Assembly: GCA_951406725.2 (NCBI GenBank)
Contig: OX597815.1
Span: 130,324,001-130,388,000, forward strand
DNA length: 64,000 nt
Direction of reading: 5' to 3'
Origin: Octopus vulgaris
Lineage: Eukaryota
Shown: positions 12,751-24,734 of the stretch, piece by piece
Numbering within the stretch: the first letter of the stretch is position 1
Layout of the letters: each line of letters opens with the position of its first letter
Program-made: the position numbers and the translations under genes
Notes under the pieces: generated by a model
What the model was told of the DNA's origin: nothing
Seen by the model: the letters and a program-made list of their open reading frames with translations, nothing else
Databases searched by the model: none

Positions 12751-12858
12751 ATAGAGAGAAATATGCAAGCCGATAATCGCAGTTTCTTCGGATTAAAGTA
12801 GAACAATTAAAGATGTAGGAGATAATACTTCACCTGTCTTGTCCCATCCACTCTTATT

Positions 12859-13301
12859 GGATCTTTTCTATTTGGCTGCCATGGTCAATTTCTGTTCGAA
12901 TTGATTTCATATTCAGATACACTTTTATAGGCTAATCTATGCTATGAAAATCATTTTCTCTATAAATAAAAAAGTAAATAAATAAAGAGTTATTAGCTAT
13001 AAAAGTTTGAAAATTTTGGGTAATGTTAGCCAATTGTAAGTCACAGACACATTCATGCTTGTTTCCATAGTAACAAGCGGAACATGAGAACTCTTTTGTT
13101 TGCGAGAAAGCACCTGTTGACAAATATATTGAAACCACTTGTGTTCTGCTGTTTTACTTAACTGGAAATTTTATCGATCTGTTTGATTTTGTTTTTAGAT
13201 AACCAGCAATTCAGCTTGGAAAACTACATTAAGGCACCAAATTTTAAAATTTTAGATAAACTTTAATTTTTGAAATCTTGGCAGCCAAGCAGAAAAGATC
13301 C
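12859..13301. mobile_element. MITE with GGATC-starting ~23-bp TIRs (Merlin-like)
   Basis: ggatcttttctatttggctgcca ... tggcagccaagcagaaaagatcc; internal sequence shared with 16675-17378. Confidence 0.8.
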
Positions 13302-13425
13302 TTCTCCTTAGTTAATCCATAATTGATATCGGTGTTGCATCACGTTTTAATCAGGTTACAGCTAGAAATGAGGTCATAGGTCATGCAACACTGTAGTTGC
13401 TTCTTTAATATTTCATGCTTCTAAG

Positions 13426-14028
13426 AAACGTTAGCACGCCGGGCGAGATGCTTCGTGGTATTACGTCTGTTTTTACGTTCTGAGTTCAAATTCCGCCGAG
13501 CTCGACATTACCTTTCATCCTTCCGGGGTCGATTAAATAAGTACCAGTTACGCACACTGGGGTCGATGTAATCGATTTAATCCCTTTGTCCCCTCTATGT
13601 TTAGCCCCCTGTGGGCAATAAAGAAATAAATATTTTATGCTTCTAAGGCGGCGAGCTGGCGGAAACGTTAGCATACCGGGCGAAATGCTTAGCGGTATTT
13701 TGTCTGCCGTTACGTTCTGAGTTCAAATTCCGCCGAGGTTGACTTTGCCTTTCATCCTTTCGGGATCGATTAAATAAATACCAGTTACGCACTGGGGTCG
13801 ATATAATCGACTTAATCCGTTTGTCTGTCCTTGTTTGTCCTCTCTGTGGGTAGTAAAGAAATCGGTATTTCATCTGTCTGTATGTTCTGAGTTCAAATTC
13901 CGCCGAGCTCGACTTTGCCTTTCATCCTTTCGGGGTCAATATATTAAGTACCAGTTGCGTACTGGGATCGATCTAATCAACTGCCCCTCCCCCAAAATTT
14001 CAGGCCTTGTGCCTAGAGTAGAAAAGAA
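13426..14028 (+). mobile_element. Three tandem copies of SINE family A
   Basis: Three repeats of gttctgagttcaaattccgccgag (B-box-like) plus the gcctttcatcctttcggggtcgat...gtaccag central domain. Confidence 0.9.
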
Positions 14029-14411
14029 TATTTTATGTTTCTTCTGCGTTTCCTGACAATCGAAATAGATTTCAGTATTGCTAATGGACGATTTGTATTT
14101 CGATACCTAACATGTCAAATTATACAAAATATGTCAAACTAGATTTTACGATAATAATATATAGTAAAAAATGACCACGCCACTAATCACTCTTCCTAGA
14201 GGAAAAGTCACGGCCCACGAACATAGTCGCAATAGACTTGGTCTTATACATTATCTTCGCTCGTCCTTCACAAAAACCACCCAGTAGTCACTCAACACCT
14301 TTAACTACCAATGGTCGAACCAGAATACTAACTCACTAGTATTGTATAGTATACAATAAATTAATGTATATTACATCTTTAATCAGGGGATCTGATTAAA
14401 ATATGTAAACA

Positions 14412-14813
14412 GGTGCAGGAGTAGCTGTCTGGTAAGTAGCTTGGTTACCAACCACATCGTTCCAGGTTCAGTCCCAGTGCGTGGCACCTCGGGCAAGTGT
14501 CTTCTACAATAGCCGCGGGTCGATCAAAGCCTTGTGAGTGGATTTGGTAGACGGAAACTGAAAGAATCCCGTCGTATATATGTATATATATGTATGTGTG
14601 TATATGTTTGTGTGTCTAGTTGTCCCCCCCAACATCGCTTGACAACCGATGCTGGTGTGTTTACGTCCCCGTAACTTAGCGGTTCGCAAAAGAGACCGAT
14701 AGAATAAGTACTAGGCTTACAAAGAATAAGTCCTGGGGTCGATTTGCTCGAATAAAGGCGGTGCCCCAGCATGGCCGCGGTCAAATGACTAAAACAAATA
14801 AAAGAGTAAAAGA
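14412..14813 (+). mobile_element. Full-length tRNA-derived SINE (family B, CORE-like centre)
   Basis: A-box/B-box-like head (tagctgtctggtaag...ggttcagtccc), a gggcaagtgtcttct centre and an A-rich tail; many copies in the window. Confidence 0.85.
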
Positions 14814-15378
14814 ATATATCATATTTCATGACATAAAAGACGCATAGGCGTATTAGAGGAACCCCAATTTCAGAAACACACATTCAGGAAAAAAGTTTTT
14901 AGTGTATTAAAGCATGTGACTCTGATTTGTAATGATCGGGTGTACGATAATGCATTTCTATGTGAAGACATTACAAAGCTTATCAATATATTTAACCTTG
15001 AGAAGAAAGAACTGCCTTTTATGGAAATACAGTTAATTTCTTATGGATAGTCTTACATTTTATTGAAATACAGTTAAGCCGTTGTTCTAAACTAAGAATC
15101 TGAGTGAGGTGGTTCGAAACTGTACAAACTTCTCTGATATGGCAATGATGTATAAGTTTAAACAAAGCCCAACTTCGCATATAAGGCTCGGGGTGACTTT
15201 TTGAGGCATGGTTTTGGAAAAATAAAGTGCGTCTTAGAATGTTGTCAATTTAATGAGATAGTCCCATAAAAGGGAAGAATGCTACTGTTATTTAGCCCTA
15301 GGAAACACCGTTTCCTGTTGGACTTGACACATTTCCTGTGTCCTTATGTTTTCAAAGTAGAGACAAGCACCTCAACCC

Positions 15379-15449
15379 AGCAAAGCCAGCATGCAGAGAC
15401 TAGTTTCAGAGTCATTGCTCATCATCAGTCCGGACTAGCATGGCTTGCT
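15379..15449 (-). ncRNA. Minimal type I hammerhead ribozyme with intact CUGAUGA and GAAAC boxes
   Basis: Minus strand: agcaagccatgctagtccgga-CTGATGA-t gag caatga ctc t-GAAAC-ta-GTC-tctgcatgctggctttgct; lies in a repeat (15265-15470) related to 6780-6965. Confidence 0.75.
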
Positions 15450-16150
15450 AGCTGTCGATGCCTATCCGCTTTTGAAAACATATATATTTCAAGTGAAATA
15501 CATTCACTGATTTTTGAAAATAGAAATAATATATTTCTAAATCTCTCTGAGAGATTTAGAAATATATTATTTCCAAAGTGCCTCTTATTTGCCACCAAAT
15601 ACGGTAATTATGAAAATCAAATACAACCCCCACCACCAAAAAAAAAAAACAATCGATTTTTATTAACAGAAGCTAGGCAAAGAATAACTCATAGTAAATG
15701 TCCAAATTACAAGACACTGAACATAGAAAAATTATCGTTAGATATAAATCTAGCTTTTGAAAATTAACCTCACATGTTGTAATGGGATACATCTAGATGT
15801 TGAAATTATTTTGTCGCAGTAAGGTATCTAACATGCAATATCTAAAACAGCACATAATTAAGCGTAGTTAGTCGTTCATTCAGTTTATCATGAGAAAAAG
15901 AGCATCAATCATTTCAAATTAACATTATTTTTTTTTTTACTGACTGCGATATCATTCTTTATTGTTGTTGTTGTTATTGTTGTTTTTGTTATACTCCATC
16001 TCCCAGAACTACTAAAGAACATGAACAGCGTCTGTAATCTCTATACAATAATAGTTTCTTTTCTTTTTTATGCACAACGCCAGCAATTTCGGCGAATAGT
16101 GTAAGTCGATTGCAGTGCTCAGCTGGCACTAATTTTATCGACCCCAAAAG

Positions 16151-16317
16151 TACTAGCGTAGATGGGGTGGGGCGGTAGGAGCGGTCCGTTCCGAGCGGCA
16201 CTTTTAAAGGGGTGGCACTTTGGGGTCTGCTGTAGCCAATATGTGTTTTTTTGTGGGGTCCTGGGGCGGCAAACAGAAGGCCCACCCCAGGCGGCACACA
16301 CTCTAGCTAAGCTAGTG
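16151..16317. mobile_element. hAT-like MITE inserted in a family A SINE
   Basis: Imperfect TIRs tactagcgtag/ctaagctagtg and an 8-bp TSD cccaaaag/cccgaaag; SINE sequence resumes on both sides. Confidence 0.75.
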
Positions 16318-16674
16318 CCCGAAAGGGATGAAAGGGCTAGTCGACCTCGGCAGAACTTGAACTCAGAACGTAAAGACGGACGAATACCACTAGGTATAAC
16401 CATCTCGACGCTCTCAATCTCTATATATCAATAAACGATGGAAATAGTCGGTTTGTTGGTTGATTTTCCAGTCACGCTTTACATCGTAAAGCATTTTTTA
16501 ATACTCGCAAAAGACTGAAGAGTTGTCTTGGCAAAGCTATGGAACAAGATCGGTTAAATAATTTGGCTTTGATTTGTAGTGATCAGATGTACGCTAATGT
16601 GAAGGTGTTACAAAAATTATCAGTATATTTAAGCCGTGAGTAGAATGAGCTGAGTCCCTGTTTAAACTTTTCTG

Positions 16675-17378
16675 GGATCTGTTCAGTTGGGCTGCCAGCA
16701 TCAATTCTGTTCGAATTAATTTCATATTCAGTGTAATGATACACTTTTATAGGCTAATGAATGACTTGATAATCATTTTCACTATAAATCAATAACTAAA
16801 GAGTTATTAGCAATTAAAATTTGAAAATTTTAGGTAATTTTAACCAATCGTAAGTCACAGACATTCATGCCTGTTTCCATAGTAACAAACGGAACATGAG
16901 AACTTTTTTGTCTGCAAGAAAACACGTATTAAGAAATATATTGAAACCAATTGTTTTACCTATCTGTTGACAACTGAGCAGGTGAAATTATGAACTGGTC
17001 AACAAAATGCTTGTTTTATTTTTAAATATTTAATTTGTAGTGTGCTATTTTTGTTTTTAGATATTTTTTTTAAGTTCGTGCTATTGCAATGCTTAAAACT
17101 ACAAAAGACGTGTTGTTTACTCTTTCTTGACAACACGTGCTCTTTTCAGAATGTTGAAAAAATGTACAGCCACGCACATAATGACAACTTTCAAATCATG
17201 TTTCCCTACTGGATGAAAATGATCAAACTTTAAACCTCTAACTTTTTAAAAACATTTTTTCTAGAAAAGGTGAAATAACTCCAGCAATTCAGCTTAGAAA
17301 AGTATATTAATGTGCCATATTTTAAAATTTTCGATACACTTTAATTTTTGAAATGCTGGCAACCAATCAAATAGATCC
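16675..17378. mobile_element. Merlin-like MITE
   Basis: GGATC...GATCC termini, perfect 8-bp TSD cttttctg, homologous to 12859-13301. Confidence 0.85.
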
Positions 17379-18454
17379 CTTTTCTGATATGACACTAATG
17401 TTATTTAGTGCTGTTTATGTCTGCTCAATTCTCTTTCATGTAATCTTCTAAATATGTTGAGTATACAGAAGTCAGCCAAATCCAATTCCTTGGTTCTTGT
17501 TGTTGTCCCTCTGTCGGCCACTCATAATAAACAAAATATAGCTGATATTTTAAACTGAATTAAACTTCTAAGTGGTGTTTTAAAACGGGGAAAATAAGAT
17601 AACCTAGTACTAAAAATAATATTAATTTATTTAGTGATGTAATATTAACGTTTTTACATATGTCATATGAATTAATTGAACTGAAAGACATACATAATCG
17701 TGCATATGATAGTCTAAAGTTTACACTGAGTAAAATAGAAGTAATATTTTAATCAATTACATAATTGTTCATAGTTATTACAGGCAGAACAAGTAGAAAA
17801 AAGTGGGAAAACCTATCATGGAACCGAATGACAGAGTTCCGTGGAGAACCTAAGAGAGTTCTGTCTTGGAGTTCAATATCTCAGTTTTTATATAACTTTT
17901 AGCAAAGTTTCTAGAACATACGGCAAAACTATTTGGCCGGAATTTTCACACAACTTTTCTTCAAGTACACTGTTTTATTAGTTAAATATCAGATTATACT
18001 GATTTGTCGAACTGTGTTCACGTAGGCGTTTATGCCTTTTATGGAAATACAGTTAATTTCTTATGGATAGTCTTACATTTTATTGAAATACAGTTAAGCC
18101 GTTGTTCTAAACTAAGAATCTGAGCGAGGTGGTTCGAAACTAGTTAGAAGTCTTGCTACAATAGTCAGCTCTCACACATTTTCCTTGACTAGATAGTATC
18201 ACTGGTTTCTGACCCCATACTAGTGGATACACAAGAATTCTAACTTTACAGAATAACCTTGACAATATATATTGCTAATGCTCCTGTTGACTGCAAAAAC
18301 AGCGACAAAAAATGATAAAAAAAAGGAAAAGAAAAATGTTGTAAATCCAACGATTACATCAATCGCTTCTAAAACAGCTGAACACATCGCTGCAAGCAAC
18401 AGCAGGAACCGCAAAGTTGTTAAAATATGTTCGTTTAATCTCAGCATAGCTTAG

Positions 18455-19410
18455 TTAAGCGGTTAGAGCGTCGGGCGCACATTGATGAAGTGATGAGTTC
18501 GATTCTTGGACCGGGTTGTGTTCTTGAGCAACACACTTTATTTCACGTTGCTCCAGTTCATTCAGAGGAAAAACTTCCGCCCGTCACCGCCCCATTTTCT
18601 CCCAAATTTGTTTATTTAAAAAGAAACTTTTTGCCAAAAACCCCCGTTTTCGGATACGGAGGTTCCCGAAAATTGCCAAAAATCGGCATTGTTAAATTCC
18701 CCCCTTCCCCCACCAAATTCTTCAATTTTGACTTTTTTCCTCCAACACTAACCCTAACCTAAAACCCAAACCCTACTCCTAACCCTAACCCTCAAACTCT
18801 AACCCTAAAACCCTAACCCTAACCCTAAAATCCTAGCCCTAGCCCTAACCCTAAAACCCTAACCCCAACCGTAACTACAGAAATGTTTTGAAATTTTTGT
18901 CCGAATCATAATGTCCGTATTTTCCCGCAAATTTAGAAAAAAAAAATTCTTAAAAAAAAAATTCACAAAAATTTTGGGTAATTTTTTTCAGAATCATAAT
19001 CTCCGTATTTTTCCGCATATTTTTTTGGGGAAAATTCTGACAAAAGTAAAAAATGAAGGAAATAGGGGTGAGAATAATTTTAAAATGCCGATTTTTGCCA
19101 ATTCTTTGCAGATTCGTATTCTCCGCAGCCCAAAAGGGGAGCTTGTATCGAAAAAAAAAAAAAATTAAAAATAAGGGTGGTTGTGGTGACGGGCGGAAAT
19201 CTTGCTCATTCAGCTGTAGAAATAAATTGCGACGTCACTAATGCCAAGCTGCATCGGCCTTTGTCTTTCCCTTGGATAACATCAGAGGGAGAAGGGTGGG
19301 GGCTGGCATGCATGGGCAACTACTGGTCTTCCATAAACAACTTTGCTCGGACTTGTGCCTCAGAGGGGAACTTTCGAAATGCAATCCCATGGACAGAAGG
19401 GGTTCTTTAC
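18455..19410 (+). mobile_element. tRNA-derived SINE (family E) interrupted by a foldback element
   Basis: Head gcggttagagcgtcgg...gagttcgattc, then ttgagcaacacactttatttcacgttgctccag; resumes at 19205; a related copy lies on the minus strand at about 49000-49295. Confidence 0.7.
18566..19204. mobile_element. Foldback/Mutator-like non-autonomous DNA transposon with internal (CCCTAA)n tract
   Basis: Long imperfect TIRs (cttccgcccgtcacc/ggtgacgggcggaaa; aaaaatcggcatt/aatgccgattttt), TSD ttcattcag/ctcattcag, degenerate CCCTAA repeats at 18749-18872. Confidence 0.75.
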
Positions 19411-20264
19411 CGTGTAAAAATTTACACTTCCTTCTCCAAGTCTAGATTCGAAATCGAATCTAAGAATTCTCGGTCGTCTAAACCGCCACGATCAACAGGC
19501 GCGAAAAAAGGTTTTCTTTGGTCTGTCAAAAAGTGATTGATCGCCTCCCTTTGACGTACGACCTCAGCCATGTCAGGCGAAGTTCAAATGCACAGGAGCT
19601 GACCTATTTAGGTAGAAACTCTACTGCAGTATGTCTGTCCTTCTAGCTGCCACGATTATTATAAATACGGTGATCAACAGACAGACAAAAAGAAAGCAAG
19701 GCCTAGCAGGCAAACGAGAAAGGTCTACGACACAACAGGTTTTGAATGACCGCAGAAACCCGAGAGAAATGTTCGAAGTTCCACGGTAGACTACTGATCT
19801 CAGATGAACTACGCACACACACACACACAGACAAGCATATTCATTTCTGATACATCACTTCCACAGATGTACCCTGTTTCTATTTCTAGTAACTCATAGC
19901 AGTTGTCAACATTTTACATGTAGTGAAGAATTATGTGTACCAACGACAAATTAAATCCAGTCAATAAATTATTTTTAACTATGAATCGATTCACTCATTT
20001 GTTTACTTCAAAGGCATACACATTCCTTTTGCATCTGTTCATCTGATGCACACACATTAACCACTACATTTGGTGACCCCCGTCAACGTATTGCGGCCTT
20101 CCCTTGAACCAGCTTTACCAACCGAACTGCATTTGAAAAATGAAGACATTTTTGTACTGCGGTTGAATTTTCCATTTCAGCACTACGCTCCGTGATCCCG
20201 TCGAAGAATCACAGCTTGCACATCACCTGACAACGAAACAGAACTGAGAGTTCCTGCGAACACA

Positions 20265-23200
20265 ATGGCTCTCCCAGAACATAACCCAGCGGAAAACACA
20301 TCCTCGGTCGACATGGCATTCCAGGCAACGATTCCTGCCACCAACCCTTTCCTTTCGTCGTCTAGTGTTTCGGAAATTTCCGACTTGCGTGCATTGGTCA
20401 CTCAGCGGGCTTCACAGATACAGGCCCTAACAGACCAGATACAAGCCCTATCCCGTGGTATCCAGCATCAAAGCAGCAGCCGATCGCGTCGATATGGTAG
20501 ACGGTCCCGAAGTCCCAGTGCTACCCACAATTCACGTGAAACGTGTTGGTACCATCGAAAATTCGTAACACGGGCACAAAAATGCACGATCCCATGCTCA
20601 TTTTCAGCACCTAGTTTGAGAAACGACACGGCCAGGAATTGAACGCGATGGAAGTTCCTGGCTCGCACCCACAAAGTCGCCTGTTTTTTGTTTGCGATCG
20701 TGTAACAGGCACGCGTTTCCTAGTTGACACCGGCGCGGAAGTCAGCATCATCCCTGTTTCCAACACTTCAGGAAAAAGAAAAGAGACACCAGTCTGTCTT
20801 CAGGCAGTTAACCACTCACCCATTCCAACCTACGGTGAACAGTCCCTAACGCTGAACTTCGGACTACGCCGCACCCTTCAGTGGGTATTTGTCATTGCTA
20901 AACTGCCGACCCCTATCTTAGGAGCCGATTTCCTGCATCATTTCGGTCTCCTGGTAGACATTAAAAACAAACGACTTGTCGACAGCACCGCACAGCTTAC
21001 TGTGCGCGGTATAGCCGTTCGTATGGCCACAGTCAGCCCAACTATATTGCTCACAACGATGACTCGTCACAGTGCTATCCTGAAAGAATATCCGGACGTC
21101 GCTCGACCAGTATTCCACAACCAGCCGATCAAGCACGAAGTCACCCATCACATCAAAACCAGCGGTCCACCTGTTGCTGCAAGACCCAGAAGGTTACCAC
21201 CTGATCGTCTCAAGGCTGTCACGCGGAAATTCCAGCACATGCTCGACCTTGGAATCATCCACCCGTCCAGCAGCAACTAGTCCTCGCCGATACACTGCAT
21301 CCCCAAAAAATCATCGACCGATTGGCAGGTTTGCGGTGATTATCGATCGCTGAATAAAAGTACTGTCAGTGATGCATATTCAGCCCCTATTTGCAGGATT
21401 TTTCTAGCTCGCTGAATGGAGCTCGCATCTTTTCCAAGATCGACCTTGTGCGAGCATACAACCAAATCCCAGTGGAACCTGCGGACATGCCGAAGATAGC
21501 AGTTACTACACCCTTCGGAATGTTTGAATTCCTGCGTATGCCTTTCGGTTTACGCAACGCGGCACAGACATTCCAAATGTTTATCGACATGGTTACTAGA
21601 GGTTTGCCTTTCGTCTATGCCTACATAGACGACATAGTCGTGGCCAGTAGCTCGGATGAAGAACATGACCAACACTTGTACCTGCTATTCAAACGCTTGC
21701 GCAAATACGGTGTTGTTATCAACCCCAGTAATAAAGGGAAGCAACTCCAAATGTACCAAAGTACGTTCGGAGTTACTTCCCTTCATGTTCTCGGGCACAT
21801 CATCGATAAGGATGGCATTCGTTCCCTTCCTGAGAAAGTCAAGGCCATCGTTATTTTTCCACCACTCACATCTCTCCGCAAATTAAAGGAGTATCTCGGT
21901 TGAATGAATTTCTATCGAAGGTTCGTACCCCACCTCGCTAAGATAGCGAAACCGCTCACGGATTTGCTACGTCAGTGAACTTGCAAAAATACGGAAATTG
22001 CCCTGAATGAAGATCAACTCGCCTCTTTTGCTGCCCTGAAAAAAAGCGTTATCCAACGCTACAATGTTGGTTTATCCAAAACCAGACGCCCCACTGTGTT
22101 TACTCGTTGATGCATCCGATTCCGGAGTTGGAGGTGTACTACAGCATCTTGTTGACGGCATATGGCAACCGTTGTCCTTCTTTTCTAAGCGGTTAAAACC
22201 CGCTGAAACAAAATGAAGCACATTCAGTCGGGAATTATTAGCGGCATACCTGGCCGTTAAGCATTTCTGTCACATGCTAGAAGGTGCCAATTTTGTCATA
22301 TACACAAACAACAGACCACTGGTATATGCATTTAACACCAAGCCGGGTCGCCACACGCCGAGAAAAATCCTCCACCTCGACTTCATATCGCAGTATACGA
22401 CGGATATACGCCACATCAAAGGGACGACCAACTTAGCAGTCGATGCACTTTCACGCACGCTGATCATTGCTATCTACACCACGGCTACAATTGATCTGGC
22501 ACGTATAGCAGCTGACCAGGAGAATGACGAAGAACTTCTAAAGCTCCGGGATTCGTCATCTCTGAAATTTCAGCATGTTCCGCTACCATCGTCCACGGCC
22601 CATATTTGGTGTGATATCTCCAACGGTCACCAACGCCCTTATGTACCACAGAAACATAGTCGAGAAGTTTTCTCTGCTCTGCATTCTCTGTCACATCCTG
22701 GTATTCGCTCCACTCAAAAGTTGATATCGACCCGTTTTGTGTGGACCAGTATCAGCAAAGATATCAACGAATGGATCAACTGCTGTGTCGTGTGCCAAAA
22801 ATCGAAAATCTACCGGCACATAAAATCACCAATCGGTTCCTTTTCGCAACCCGATGCACGATTTCAGCACGTTCACATTGACATCGTGGGACCTCTGCCA
22901 CCTTCGCAGAATTATACACATTTGCTTACCTGCGTGGATCGTTTTCCGCGGTGGCCCGAAGCTTGGCCCTTATCTGAAACTCCACCTGTCTAACACCCGT
23001 GGATATGTTTACAAAGTCAGGAAACAGCACAGCTCCCATGACTTTAGGAAACATTTTTTCACGCTAAGAGTTGCTGAAGCATGGAATAGACTGCCGGCAT
23101 CAGTTGTTAGTTGTCGGAGCACTGCATCCTTCAAAACTTCCATGCTTCCTGAGATTTGCCAACACTACACCTGATTTTCTCCCCTCCATTCGCACGCAAG

Positions 23201-24153
23201 CATGTATCTGACTCATACACTGTTCGCTTTCCAGACATTTGTACATTACTGCCTATACTTTATACGCACTTTTTGACAAGTTGTGGTGCACCTGAGCACT
23301 GTATACAATAATTTCATTATTATTTATTATATATACATCGGTAGAAACGGTCGCCAAAACTTTGATATCACAATGGGTTTCGCGTTTTGGCACACCCGCA
23401 ACAATCACCACCGACAGAGGATGTCAGTTCGATTCCCACCTCTTCACCAAGCTAACTCGTCTCCTCGGGTGTAGACACACCGGTACTGCATCTTACCACC
23501 CTTCAGCAAATGGCATGGTCGAACGTCTTCACCGCCAACTCAAGGCATCTATTAAAGCATCTTCAGGCAGTTCTCACTGGCTGGAACATCTCCCTCTCAT
23601 CCTCCTTGGTATTCGATCCACGGTTAAGAAGGAAGTTGGATATACTCTGGCTGAACTCGTCTATGGCACAGCACTCACCTTACCTGGGCAGATGATCAAA
23701 CCTGTTTCATCACAAGACTTTCATGACCCAGCACAATATGTGCACCGATTACAGACATCCATGTTGCATTTGTCACCTGCAGGCCCCAGACAACAGAACG
23801 TCGTTTCACATGTCCCAAAAGACATCAACACTTGGACTCATGTTTTCGTGAGGAATGATGGAATACCATCTCAACTTCGGCCACCATATTCCGGGCCCTA
23901 CAAAGTTATCAAAAGAGAACAGAAGTATTTCGTTCTCGATATTGGAGGTAAACGAAATACGGTATCGATTGATCGTTTGAAAAAAGCCTTCATTGGGGAG
24001 GACTTACGTTCAGCTCCCTCTGTTCCTCGAACGGACTCACCAACTCCAGCAAACACAACAGATTCTGCACAACCCCGGCACACTAAATCGGGAAGAACAG
24101 TTCGATGGCCAGCAAGGTTTGTGCAAGTTTTTCGGGTAAGTCCCAACTCTTAA
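20265..24153 (+). pseudogene. gag (3' part)-pol pseudogene of the CsRn1-like Gypsy
   Basis: Consecutive ORF fragments PR-RT-RH-IN with stops and frameshifts; the gag N-terminus is missing. Confidence 0.9.
22978..23333 (+). mobile_element. 5'-truncated CR1-like LINE 3' end inserted in the Gypsy integrase
   Basis: TRGYVYKV...RKHFFTLRVAEAWNRLP...FK plus 3' UTR and (tta) tail; integrase WPEAWPLS...[17 protein letters not shown] flanks it. Confidence 0.88.
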
Positions 24154-24734
24154 CCTACCTATATTCTTAAATGAAATGCATACATCAATACATAACTCAC
24201 ATGACTGCTTCACCCACATACAAACCCAAAGAAATCAACGAACATTTGTATACATAAAGAAAAAAGGAAAACAAAAAAACGTTGTTCCACATCAACGAAA
24301 AACTCTGTATGAACATTTACTGAACATTTCACAAACGAACTTTTTTCGATGAACATTTCTTTCATTTTTCGTATGTACATATTTTTTGCTTTCTTTTTAA
24401 AATGTTTTGCCTTCTTGTAAAAATATTTAGCTACCCGTGTGCTTACACACACTTACAACAGTCACATTCTCATGTGTGCTACCATTTGATCTTTTGCGCC
24501 AATGAAAGACACCTTGCCTCTATTAGACCTCTAGTGGGTTGAGTAATCAATAGACGCACATCTCTTTCAACGCGCCAACTTGTTTCTGCTTGGACGCATA
24601 TATGTATTGCCTACCATATGGTACACACCAACAGTAAATCTTTGCTTCATATTTTTATATTCCATGTTTTTAACATATATTCATTTGTCTGTTACAGTGG
24701 CAGTTGTCAACATTTTGCATGTAGTGAAGAATTA

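Noticed and set aside
14412-14490. tRNA gene
   Set aside because: It is the tRNA-derived head of a SINE, with no complete cloverleaf
18749-18872. True telomere or chromosome-fusion scar
   Set aside because: Short, degenerate, single orientation and enclosed within a TIR element with a TSD
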